Positions 1 through 11,110 of a stretch of DNA of 64,000 nucleotides are shown here, piece by piece. This DNA comes from Cladosporium halotolerans (taxonomy: Eukaryota), in contig NW_027191465.1 in the NCBI RefSeq assembly GCF_011745625.1, forward strand, positions 434,001 through 498,000, given 5' to 3'. Made by a program: the position numbers and the translations under genes. The stretch's first letter is position 1. The number at the start of each line of letters is the position of its first letter. The notes under the pieces are model-generated. The model searched no databases and was not told where the DNA came from. It saw nothing but the letters and a program-made list of their open reading frames with translations.

Positions 1-385
1 GCGTGATCGGCGCGGCTAATGCCAAAGCAACTCAAATGTAACCTCTGTTTCGCATTCCGATTACATAGAGCGTATGCACTGGACATTCCCCAACAATATC
101 GCGTCAGGATTGAGTGGCTGGTATCCATGCGGCTTGTGTCGGGCGGCATGCGTAATTTTTGAACGCCTGTAACGGTATCTCTAAGGTCATGAACAAAATT
201 GGTGCTATACCATCGCCTTAGGACTATCTACAGGTGATTGTTGATTAAAGAGCGTGCTGGCTGACCTGCTTTAGACAGAAGAGACTAGCGAGCATAGCTA
301 TTGAGTCACCCAGATAGGAGAGGTTTTGACGCCTGCGTCTCGGAAACGGTGGCGATCACCGCATTCCCGTCTTGCGGTACCGTGC

Positions 386-1936
386 TCACCAGACATCCAA
401 TGGCCTTGCTGTCAGACGTAGGATGCCATTTGTTTTGAGCATCACCGTGGTCCAGTGATCAGCCTCCACTGTCTTCTCTGGCCCGGGAGACCATTCAAAC
501 TTGCCCACCAGGCCTGCGAGAAAGATCAAGATCTCATAGTGTGCAAACTTCTGGCCAATGCAGCTTCGCGCTCCGTGCGAGAAGGTCGAGAAGCAGTACC
601 GATCTTTCGAGCCGCCGTAGGCCTTCGCCTCAGCGCTGCCGAGCCAGCGTTCTGGAATGAACTCTCCCGCAGTCGGGCCCCAGTTCTCTTTGGACCTGTT
701 CATGAGGTAGAGACTGACCACGAGCGGCGTACGGGCTGGGATGGCCTGCCCGCACACCACCGTCTTCTCGGGAGAGACGCGAGTCTGCCTTGGCACAGGG
801 CCCCAGAAGCGAAGTGATTCTTTGACCACCGCCTCCAAGTACTCCATAGAGTCAACTTTTGCCGGGTCGATTGGCGTGTCTGACCCAGGACTGGGCATGT
901 TGGCGCGGATCTCCTCACGAAGCCTTTGCTGACGCTCAGGATCTTTCGACAATTCATAGAGAGTCCAACCGAGAGCCAGAGCGGAGGCCTCGTGGCCAGC
1001 AGCCAGGACAGCCATGCACTGGGAAACCATATCCTCCGTCGTAGCGAACTTTGGGGAAGCCAAGAGGACGCTCAGGATGTCCTTTTGTGCCTCTTTCTCA
1101 GCAGTGCTCTCGCTCTCACGTTTCTTGATGACCTCCCGAGTAGCACAGCGGATCGTTTGGATGCACGCTTTGGCATCGCGGTTACGCTTCATCGGAAGGT
1201 TGAACAAGATGCGTATGGGTACGATCTGTGCAAGGATCTTGATCAAAGCAGCGCTACCACTCGGTAGAAAAGCAGTACGGTAATTCCGGACCAGCTCAGA
1301 CTGGGGCTCTTCAATCGAGTTGAAGTCGAAGCCAAATCCTGCGAGTGCAATGGCATCCAGCGTGCCGCGAGAGACCCAGTCATCGACCTCAATGAGCTTG
1401 GCCGATTTGCCACAGAAGGAATCCAGTGAACCGAGTAGCTCCACAGTCTTCTTCCAAAACGTTGGATACATGTCCTTGAGCTGTCGATGCTTGAAGCCAG
1501 GCTGCATTTCCTTGCGCTGTGAGGCATGCTCAGAACCCTCGGCGGCGAAGATACCACCTCCGGTCAGGCGACATAAGATGGCTTTGGCGGCTGGTGGCCG
1601 AGAGTAGGTCTTCGTATCGCCAGAGTGGACGACTCTCGTTCCGTCCGTGGTAGTCAACAGAACTCTCTCGCCGTTCAGAAGACCAAAATAGCGAATCATG
1701 CCATTGTTAGGGACCGTCTCCGCCCACTGTACAAAGTCCAGGCTATTCGGTTCAATGAACAGGCGTTGCAGCAGCGGTTTCTGTGGCGCGCATGGTAGAC
1801 CGCGGAGGCTGCTGAAGCGAGGGCGTAGTGCGATTCTGTAAACTAGGTATATGGGCGTGAGAGTGGCAATGCATGCAAGAACAATAAGAATGTAGCCCTG
1901 CACGAACGCAATAGCTTGATACACTGAAGTAGCCAT
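386..1936 (-). CDS. Cytochrome P450 (CYP617/FUM15-like, tentative), intronless, 516 aa
   Basis: N-terminal TM anchor, I-helix AAGHEAS, K-helix ESLR, PERW, heme motif FSHGARSCIG; uninterrupted ORF. Confidence 0.93.
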   Translation of the reverse strand: MATSVYQAIAFVQGYILIVLACIATLTPIYLVYRIALRPRFSSLRGLPCAPQKPLLQRLFIEPNSLDFVQWAETVPNNGMIRYFGLLNGERVLLTTTDGTRVVHSGDTKTYSRPPAAKAILCRLTGGGIFAAEGSEHASQRKEMQPGFKHRQLKDMYPTFWKKTVELLGSLDSFCGKSAKLIEVDDWVSRGTLDAIALAGFGFDFNSIEEPQSELVRNYRTAFLPSGSAALIKILAQIVPIRILFNLPMKRNRDAKACIQTIRCATREVIKKRESESTAEKEAQKDILSVLLASPKFATTEDMVSQCMAVLAAGHEASALALGWTLYELSKDPERQQRLREEIRANMPSPGSDTPIDPAKVDSMEYLEAVVKESLRFWGPVPRQTRVSPEKTVVCGQAIPARTPLVVSLYLMNRSKENWGPTAGEFIPERWLGSAEAKAYGGSKDRYCFSTFSHGARSCIGQKFAHYEILIFLAGLVGKFEWSPGPEKTVEADHWTTVMLKTNGILRLTARPLDVW

Positions 1937-2173
1937 CTTTGCAGAAGAAGTCGTCGTTGCAGAGTTTCACTTTCAACAACAGGCTGCATTCCAGACTCGG
2001 ACATGGGAGAAGTCACTACTATCTTACCGCTACGCACAGTCACACCAGTCCTTATCCGCTGAGACTGATCGTCGGAGCGGACACTTTGTTTGACTTTTTG
2101 CTCTGAGCTAGGCATATTCGCTGGGTGGGTCGAAGCTCAGCCATAAGGTGCATTGGCCCGACGCGACATGACC

Positions 2174-2191
2174 CACCTGCACTTGCAGGTG
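2174..2191. promoter_or_regulatory. Inverted repeat CACCTGCA-CT-TGCAGGTG in the divergent P450 promoter (candidate TF site)
   Basis: Perfect 8-bp arms with a 2-nt spacer, each arm containing an E-box (CACCTG/CAGGTG), near the midpoint of the 544-bp intergenic region. Function is inferred only. Confidence 0.3.
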
Positions 2192-2480
2192 AATCAATCT
2201 CAACCCCCGATCCACATTCACATGTCTTGAGATGGTTGGGCTCGAGTACGTTGGTCAGCAGCTGAGCTCTGACAGGGCCCTTGTGGATTTAGGGTGTCAT
2301 GCATGGTAAGGTTCATCGAACAGATGGCCGGTAGTGGGACGGAGATGGTGATGAAACAAGATCTAGGAGTGACTTGCGAAATTGCTCGGAAGGCGTTGCT
2401 CAGTAGCTTGAAGGCATCTTTTGCACGCAATTCACAGCCCTGCGCAGGAGTATCTTTGCAAGAAGTCCATTTGTAGCACC

Positions 2481-4131
2481 ATGGTATTACCTCTCGACTC
2501 GATTAGGGTCATTGCCCTTGTCGCTATCTTTGCTTCGACATTGTTCAAGACCTTCCAGGGAATAATACGCCACAGAAGAGCTCAGGCATTTGCGGAAGCG
2601 CATGGCTGCGAGCCTGCGCCCAAGAGAAGACAGAAGTGGTATTACTTTGGTGCAGACACCTTGGTGGAAAGTTATCGTCACAAAAAGCAGTTTCATTACC
2701 TCGAGCTCCTGCAACAGAACTTCACAGAATACGGCCTGACATACACCTCATCGGTTCTCGGGACGTCGAAGCTGACTACCATCGATCCGGCAAACGTCGA
2801 AGCGATCCTTAAGACTCAATGGAGCGACTTCCTGGCACGTCCGGCTCGCAAAATCCCGCTCGATGGTTTGGTCGGCCCTGGCATTCTCACCGCCGACGGA
2901 AACCTTTGGTCTACTCATCGCAAGTTGATGCAGCCGAGCTTCAAGCGAAAGAGTCTCGAGGACTTCGGCCTGTATGATGAGCACTTCGAGCGACTTCTGC
3001 AGCATTTTCCGACGCCTGGGCAAGTGATAGATCTCCAGAATTTGTTCTTTGGGTTCACCCTCGACACATCGACGCAGCATCTCTTCGGCTGTAGCAGCGG
3101 GACTCTGGCACCAAGCTCGGTGGTATCGCCAGAGCCAGCGCTTGCTGGAGCGTTCGACAGATCACAACGCGCTGCTGTTGAAAAATTCGCCTTGGGATGG
3201 GCTGACCGTTTCCGTCCTCAGCTCCAGTACTGGAGAGACACCAGCCGCGTGCATCGGTTTGCTGACCGGTACGTTAAGCTAGCGCTGCAAAGAAAGCGCG
3301 ACAACAATGACGCGTCCTTGGAGAAACAAGAGAGCAAAGGCACCAGTGAAGGCAGCGCGTCCGCATCTCTTCCGCGTGCTCGGTTGAACTTCTTGGACGA
3401 GCTTTGTGAGCGCACTCAGAATCACGACGACATCCGCAAAGGCGCGCTGCACATGCTGGTCGCCGGCAGAGACAGCACCGCAAGTCTTCTCAGTAACCTT
3501 TGGTTCATGCTCGCCAGAGATAAGAGGGTTTGGCACAAGCTCAAGGAGGAGGTGGATGCGCTCCAGGGCGCCCAGCCAGGCTCCGAGAATCTGAGAGATA
3601 TGACCTATCTGAGGTTTTGCATCAACGAATGTGAGTGTCCGTCCGAGCCACCTCAGATTTACAGGACTGACTAGCAACACAGCTCTTCGTTGCCATCCGG
3701 CCATACCGTGGTCACTCCGAGCCGCAGGCCAAGATACTACACTTCCTTCGGGAGGCGGTTCAGATCAGAAATCTCCAATTTTCGTCAAAGCCGGGACAAC
3801 AGTGCTGATCCCACTGTACTGCCTTCACCGGCGGGTCGAATTCTGGGGCGCAGATGCTGACCGCTTCTATCCTGAGCGGTGGGAGGACGCGAAGCCTGGG
3901 TGGTCCTACATCCCTTTCTTGGCTGGACCGCGGATGTGTCTCGGCTACCAGTTTGCGATCAACACGGCGTCTTACGTGACAGTCCGTATGATACAGGAGC
4001 TTGAGTCAATTTCGCCTGCAGCAGAAGGCCCGTGGAAAGAAGAGCTGGGCCTCTCCATGGCCTCTGCGGACGGTGTGCATGTGCGCTTGGCGTACAGGAA
4101 GGATAAGGCGAGTGCCGTTCCACATATGTAA
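2481..4131 (+). CDS. Cytochrome P450, CYP52 clan, ~532 aa, one intron (3631-3682)
   Basis: TIDPANVEAIL and GPGILTADG motifs, I-helix AGRDSTAS. Splicing GTGAGT..CTGAC..CAG rebuilds the K-helix INE-S-LR. PERW and FLAGPRMCLG follow. Spliced length 1599 nt is in frame. Confidence 0.92.
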
Positions 4132-4962
4132 AGAGATTCGAGAGAGAGCGTATGCAGCTACGAGATAGTCCGTCCGCGGTGATACCCTCTGCAAAGACCG
4201 TTGGGCCCAAGATCCCGGTTCCACTCGTTCAACCATAGACTTGTGCATGTGGTTTTACGATTAGTACGGACCTTCGCAGTCTCCTACAGAAATAGGTCAC
4301 ATGTGGTAATACGATTACCCATCGATTGTCGAGACTGAATTCCACGCGGAGAGTTGTAATTCAATTAAAGAAGAACACGTCGTAGTTCGGAGCCGCGATG
4401 GTCCAATGCATGGTCGTACGAAGATCGAACGCAAGTATAGGAGTGGATTAGGTCGCATTAGCCGCGACAAAATCTTGCGGCAGCGTGGAGCCAGATGTAT
4501 TACGTCGAAGTCGAAGAGACGACGTTGAAACATCGGACCCTTGATTCCCGCGCCACGGCCGTGGGACCACGGCCAACGGAGTTGAGTGCGCTGGCATGTG
4601 GGGTCTCCTTTTGAGCTTGTGAGACAAGCTTTGACTCCCTGCCTCGCCTGGGCACAGACTCCAGTCTAGCGATCGCACCGAGTATCTTGATGCCGTCTTC
4701 TTGCAATTGCCTTTTTGGGCCTCTGATATCAGACGTCGCGCAGACTTCTTCGTATCCACATGTGCAGTGCAATGATGCATCTCCTGCATATGGGCGGCGT
4801 CAAGCCAGCGGCTGATGGTGCCCTCTCGCACACCGTCAGGCGACCCGCAGCGGTCCTCACAGAGCGTACGCGAAAAGGCCGCACCGAAGAAGTTCATGGT
4901 GGTATTCGAAGGTATCTTAGTTTCTGAAAGGAAGGTCTTGTTCAATCAAAATTCTTGCTAAG

Positions 4963-6770
4963 ATGATCCTCGAGCATTTACCTGAGCAGTTGTCCAACGA
5001 CCGCCGGAGCCTCGCCGCTGTTGCTGCGGTGTCAGTGGTTGTGTGTGCTCTGGCAATTCACTTCTTTTCCTCGCCGTATACAGCATTTTGGCGCTCATGC
5101 TCATGGGTTGGCTTACGCCACAAACTATTTCCCAAGACGAGAGCTGGACTCGATGCCATCAGGAACACTCGGGGTCTGGTTGAGAAAGGCTATAAACAAG
5201 TGAGCGTACATGAGCTTTTCTTCACTCTCTTATATCATGCTGACGCGATGCCTAGTTCTCAAAGAATAACATTCCATTCGTGCTGCCCAAGTTTGGCAAT
5301 GCTCATTTGGTGATCTTACCTGGATCTCAGGCCCGCGAGCTGATTCGCAAACCTGACAATGAGGTCGACTTACATGTTATGCATTATGAGCAACTCGCTT
5401 CACTTTACACATCGAGGAAAGAGGTCTACACTCGGCCACTCCATCTTGGAGTCGTCCGCAGACAGTTGACTCGGAAGTTGCCTCTTCTCGCAGATGATCT
5501 CTATGATGAAGTCAAGGCATCGTTCGATTCGCTATGGGCTGTTTCAAAGGGCAATACATGCAACGTTCTGGTGTATCGAAGCTGCATCAAGGTCGTCAGT
5601 CGGGCAGCTAACAAAATCTTCACTGGCATCGAGCTGTGCCATTCAGCGGAGTTTCTGGAAAACTCCTGGCAATACACAATGGCTGTCTTCACAGCGGCAG
5701 CACATTTCAACCTCGTACCAAAATGGGTACGGCCATTCGTTGCCCCGTACCTCACAAGACATATCCGGAAGCATCTGAAAGCTTGTCTGCGTGTTGCACG
5801 TCCTGTCATCGAACAGAGGATACGCAGACTGCAAGCCGCACGCGCGGCGAAGGACGAATCTGCGAAGGATGAATATGTATGATCTCCCAACTTTGAACAC
5901 ATTCGCTCGAATCTCTGGGCAATTCTCTAACTATACTTGACAGCACGATGGCCTGCAATGGGTTATTCTCGAGAGTCTTGATCAAGGTCACTTGTCTGAC
6001 CTCGATCCTGAGATTGTCTGCCGCCGTATACTCGCTTTGAACATGGTTGCAATACACACTACGAGCATAGCCATTACCAACACCTTGTTCGATCTGTACT
6101 CATCGTCCGACGCATCCGACTTTATCTTTGGTCTCCGCCAGGAGTGCGATCAAGCCCTTTCTGCTCATGGAGGCAAATGGACGAAAGCTGCTGTCGATCA
6201 GTTAAACAGGGTTGACTCTGCCATCAAAGAGTCCATGCGGCTTTCAGTCCGTGTCGTCGGCATGCATCGAATGGTAATACCTACATTCACAACTGCGCGA
6301 CTAACCGAACGCTGACCATAACGCGCCAGGTCACCGCTCCGAATGGCGTCGACTTCTGCGACAACTTTCACGTCCCGTTTGGCGTCCGAGTAGCCTTACC
6401 CAACCATCCTATCCAACGCGATCCAGACAACTACCCTGAACCAGACAGATACAATGCATTCCGCTTCTCTGAGCTCCGCGGCGCTTTACCTGCCACTAGC
6501 AATGAAGAGGGTTCTACGCAGGGCTCCGCATACCTGAAGCAACGACAACAAGGCCTTGTGACGCCCAACGACGCTTTCTTAGCATGGGGCCATGGGCGCC
6601 ACGCTTGTCCCGGTCGCTTCTTCGCGGCTCACTTGATGAAGCTGATGCTTGCTCACGTTGTTACAAACTATGACGTGCGGCCCCAGAAGACGCCGCAGCC
6701 GCTGATGAGGAATGAGTTTACTATTCCCGACCCTACTGCCGTGTTTGAAGTCAAGCAGCGGGCCAAGTGA
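4963..6770 (+). CDS. Cytochrome P450 (ent-kaurene-oxidase-like group, CYP503/CYP512-type, tentative), ~542 aa, introns 5200-5255, 5877-5943, 6274-6329
   Basis: Three GT-AG introns with branch sites join ORF fragments in frame (1629 nt). Motifs: I-helix VAIHTTS, ESMR, AFRF, heme WGHGRHACPG. Confidence 0.92.
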
Positions 6771-6981
6771 GCGAATCATGAATGATGGCGGAGAATAGAT
6801 GTAGTAGGCATATCAGCGAGCTTTCACAGCAGACATCCTGTACATAGACAATGATACCTTATCTACTATGAGCGAATGCAGATTGGGCCTTAAATATGAA
6901 GCATGATCGTATCTAGGTTTCTCTGCCCCTGGGCAGGTAGGACGCCGTTGATCATATGCCATTCCGGGGTGTTTCGTTCCC

Positions 6982-8424
6982 TCACTCAGCCCGTATCGCT
7001 CCCTGCTTTGTCACCCGAGGATATTCGTACTTGCCATCTAGCAATTGTTGCGCAGCGTCGTACCACCTGAGCAGCACGCTGAGACTGCCACCTCCACTAG
7101 GTCCCGGCAACCAGTTCTGCATCCAATTAGTCGGCGGAGCCACATCTGCCGGTTGGACTAGGATTTGGAAAGGTCCATCGTCCTCCGCACTGGCATCGGG
7201 TCCGTAGACAGGCTTGCCAGATGGGAACGCGATGTCGCTTCTATCGCCAATCTTATAAATTTTGCGAGGGTTCTCAATAAGGAAGCCTTCTGAGTTGTAG
7301 GCGGTCAGGCTCCAGAACCCCAGGCCTTGAAGCGGCGGCCTTCTGGAGAACGTGTAGATATAGCTCTCATCGGGTCCTATATGTAAGGCTTGCCCTTCCA
7401 ACGGCCGAGAAGGCGTCCCGTCGCTCCAACTAGGATAGACCGCGCTGGGTGACGTGAGCATCAAGTAGCCGGTGAACGCAATTTGCATGCGCAGACTATA
7501 GTCCTCTCCGAAGTTCCCTGCGATATCAGGTCGCAACACGGACCAGCCATGGTTCACATTTTGCAGGGCATCTTCGCCCGCTTTGGTTGCAGAGGCCGTA
7601 GCGGCGCGGTTTGCAGCGTCCATGTCGACACCAGAGTTCGTGGCATTATCGCTAAAGCCCGCAATCGCCAGCGTTTCTTGGACGGTAAGTCCGTTTGCCA
7701 GCTTGCCGGGTGTATCTCCTTCGTCTAGTTGGCACAGGAGCTGCAATGCCTCTTCTGCCTTCGTCGGGGCACTTGCACTCCAGTTGATGGTACTGGCGCT
7801 TGTTAAGGTACGCTCACCCGACTCTAGAGGCCTCGGGATGGTGGTTGACGAAGTAGCGTTCTGCAGCGCGTGGATGCTATCAAGGTTGTCGCCATCCACC
7901 AGCCAACGAACAAGTACGTGACCGACAGTTGTGGGCGACCACAAACGCGTTTCAGAAGGTGCCGCGGAGTATCTGCTCGCTCCGACGGCGGTATTGTTGG
8001 CTAATGTATGGCTCAGGCGGACCCTTTTGGTAGAGCCGTAGTCTTCCTTCCCCACAACAGCGAAATTGTTTCCGTATAGATCATGAAACGAGAATAGCGC
8101 GTACTGACTCTCCGGGATATTAGGAATGCCGACGATCAGATCCTGCCGGGAGACGTCGAACATGACCGTGGAGTAAAGCGTGTCCACATTTGGCTTCACG
8201 ACGGATTGATCCGCCGGCATCTTGAGCTGACGAGCATGGCCGATGTTGTTGATGGGCAATCTCGGCGATAAAGCAAGATATGTTTTCTTATAAGCAAGCA
8301 GCGGGTACGCATACACAAGAGCCAGCTCTGCCGCTTCTTGTACTGTGAGGTTGCTTTCCGCTGCCGCTCTGTCTGGCAGCATGCTAAGAATTGATGCAAT
8401 GGTACTGAGCCACGGCAGGTACAT
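6982..8424 (-). CDS. Secreted DUF1254/DUF1214 domain protein, 480 aa, intronless
   Basis: Signal-peptide-like N-terminus. AYPL and VVKPNVDTLYS fit DUF1254; GFWSLTAYN, YKIGDRS, NWLPGP and LRWY fit DUF1214. Confidence 0.85.
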   Translation of the reverse strand: MYLPWLSTIASILSMLPDRAAAESNLTVQEAAELALVYAYPLLAYKKTYLALSPRLPINNIGHARQLKMPADQSVVKPNVDTLYSTVMFDVSRQDLIVGIPNIPESQYALFSFHDLYGNNFAVVGKEDYGSTKRVRLSHTLANNTAVGASRYSAAPSETRLWSPTTVGHVLVRWLVDGDNLDSIHALQNATSSTTIPRPLESGERTLTSASTINWSASAPTKAEEALQLLCQLDEGDTPGKLANGLTVQETLAIAGFSDNATNSGVDMDAANRAATASATKAGEDALQNVNHGWSVLRPDIAGNFGEDYSLRMQIAFTGYLMLTSPSAVYPSWSDGTPSRPLEGQALHIGPDESYIYTFSRRPPLQGLGFWSLTAYNSEGFLIENPRKIYKIGDRSDIAFPSGKPVYGPDASAEDDGPFQILVQPADVAPPTNWMQNWLPGPSGGGSLSVLLRWYDAAQQLLDGKYEYPRVTKQGAIRAE

Positions 8425-9135
8425 TCCGATGTGAAAGTTGATGTGAAATTGACCAGTTTAGACTCCTCACATGCGACGGTCGGTCAAACATCAATGGCCA
8501 CGTGATCTGAGCGGCGAGGCGAAGGGTAGAGGACTTACACCATGTCCAATCGCGGATGGCAGTGATGTTTTCCGATCACTTCATTGCCCGCGCTCGGTGG
8601 GTGATTGCACCGCATTGGCGAATTCCATGACCCACAATGCGTCATGACGGTCCTGCATCTGTATGGGTCTCGGCAAAGTCTCGCAAGTGGGTGTATTCGG
8701 TGAGACTCTCATATGGATATCATCGAGCGGGTTCAGGTAGCCGACCTGTGAGTTGCAATGGCACGGACAGCACTAAGAACGTGCACCGCTGTGCTTAAGC
8801 TTTTAGCTCGGGGATATGGGCCCGAGAGATAGAGTTTGGATCTCGGAGGCCAATCCTTTCTTTACTAAAAGCGGTCGTTGCAACAAAAAACGATCTCTCA
8901 TAACCCGGTGGGCGGGCCCGCAGCGGGTCTCAACATGAGCGGTGGGAATGTCAGACGTATGCGCGTCTTATTGCTGCATGATCTGCGCTCAGAGCTTTGA
9001 GCATAGACAAAGTCAATAGCATGTCCCTGAAAAGCTTACTTCACCGCAGTCCCGCAAATCACATTCGCAGTGTCTAAGTGATATGTTGCAAGGGCTTAAT
9101 ACGGGCCTATTTTCATTCTGGTTCCACTCGCCCAA

Positions 9136-9947
9136 TTATAGGCGAGCAGCGTCGCGTCCTAACCTTTTACGATTTTCTCGAATCTCCCATTCCAGGTGGG
9201 ACACAGTGAAGATCTTCTCAACAACTACAGAGACCTCATCCATATCGTCGCCCCTCAGCTCGGCCTCTTGCACGGCCTCTGGACCGCCCAGAGCGAGCTG
9301 GTTAGTTCGTAAAGCTTGTGTCCCTGCGATTTGCCAGCCAGCTCGATCGTAGAACTCTAGCAGCCTTTTCTGGTGGCGCCCACTTTTCACGTCGCCGCGG
9401 AATCGTGCCACGGGCGGAGGATCGCTGTGGGCGGATAGCAATGATGACAGCAGCCACTGATCACGACTCAGGACAAGATGCGCGAAAAGTCGTCGGTCGC
9501 CTCGAACTTCGGGAATGTGAAACAGTGAGCCGCCGTGAAAGCGCTGCTCTTCGCAGTCCGGACGATTTGGGGGAACGCGCGAGCCAGGAAGAGATAGGAA
9601 ATGCTCGGATGGCACAGGGCCTGTGTTGACAGCCATTCCCAGCGGTTTGCCATGTGCCATGATCAGGTCACTTCGCCAACGAGGCTCTGCTCTCGTTATG
9701 ATCGAGCCTTCCGCTTTTGAGACTCCAAATGCTATGTGAATGATCCTTTGTGCATCTGAATGAAGGTTGGCCAGTAGGAATCCGATCGGGCAGCGACTTC
9801 GTCGTATTTGTCTGTGAAAGATTCCGGGCTCTCGCGCAACGATTGTAGACGGAGGCTGCGGAAAATCGATGCGAACGTCTCGAGTGCAGGCTGTTGGATG
9901 GGCGGCTGCAGCACGTGTATGTCCAGATCTTGAAGTACGTTTGCCAT
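9136..9947 (-). pseudogene. GNAT-like acetyltransferase gene with a 1-nt frameshift near 9744 (pseudogene or sequence error)
   Basis: The 5' ORF (FRSLRLQSLRESPESF..YDEV..W) stops at 9732. A -1 shift at ~9744 reads IIHIAFGV.. straight into ORF 9136-9660 (GMAVNTGP, LFHIPEVRG, LLEFYDRAGW). No convincing intron spans the break. Confidence 0.6.
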
Positions 9948-11110
9948 CGTATAAACTTTTGAAATTTTTGTAAGACTATCGAGTCAGTGGAGAGTAGCGC
10001 TCCAAGTTTTGTTATCTCTGTTAGCCAAAGGTAGAAAAGGAAGCGTGAGCCCCACAGCAGCCATGCACGCAGACCTGCGATATTAATTTAGCGTCACTCG
10101 GCGGTGGCCATCCTTCATGAGTTGTATCGATTTAGGTCATTTGCATTGCTGCTGTGTGGTCCGGCAGCTGCTCAGAATGATTCGCAACATCTCGATCTCA
10201 GGAAGATGAGAGCATGCGGTGGCATGCGGTGAAATTGTGTTTCTGCGGCACGCCGAATCGAAGCGGGCTTTCCAAACTCTTACCACAGATGGACTCGTCT
10301 AGGAATACATTGTGACGAGCTGGATGACTTGTCGCCCTTATCATCAATAGACAGATGCCTTCAGGCCTGAGCAATAGTACGTAGATTCTGGAGTTCTGAG
10401 GGCGCAGCTGATAGACGCGCCGGCAACCGAGCCAGCTGCGACTGTTCAGAGTCGCTCATCCAGGCAATGTGCTGCTGCGTGCTTGAGGTGATCAACTGCC
10501 GTCACGATTTCCCTTAGTGAGCTTTGTTTTGAAGCGCAGTGGTGGAGAGTGCGGAAGCAGGACGCGACGCGCTCCGTCGTTTGCTGCCGACGTTTGGTGG
10601 TGGCTCCACAGCGGAATTCCAGCTGCCATCAGAAGCACGAGAAGTCCACCCACCTCGACCGGGTCAGCATATCACTGCATCGTATAATGTGTGCGTCGGC
10701 AGTCGAGGCGGGATTAGGTGTTGCTGAGCGCAAGATGTCCCGTTGAAAGTGCCGTGATGGGATGCTCAACCCCGCAGCGATCTCCCCACGTTGCTGCTTC
10801 GGAGTCCCCATGTCCCTGGATCCGAGTCCGAAGATGCCGATACCCTCGCCGTGTCGAACCCATGGAGTCGGTCCATAGGATACAAGAAGGTAGGTGTGAT
10901 CAGACGCTCCAATGAGTCTCTCTTCTCCTATAACTCGCCTCCCCTAAGTCCCTCTCTACTCCACTCCCTGCTCCCTTGGGACTGCCAACACGCCGAGACG
11001 AGCGCATAACATCCAACAGCTCACCGCTCACCAAGGTGATACGGCCGTTTCCAGTACACACAAACCACTTCCAGAGACTCGGTCTGAACTCGATATTGGC
11101 GAAGACGGCA

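Noticed and set aside
1..41. Possible 3' end of an upstream plus-strand gene (..VIGAANAKATQM*)
   Set aside because: Too short to support without the preceding sequence.
4448..4945. 165-aa minus-strand ORF between the second and third P450
   Set aside because: Non-ATG start in the track, no recognisable domain, and it occupies the third P450's promoter.
10976..11110. 45-codon in-frame extension upstream of the monooxygenase
   Set aside because: It starts at TTG, whereas family similarity begins at ATG 11111 (MQYHLNGF).
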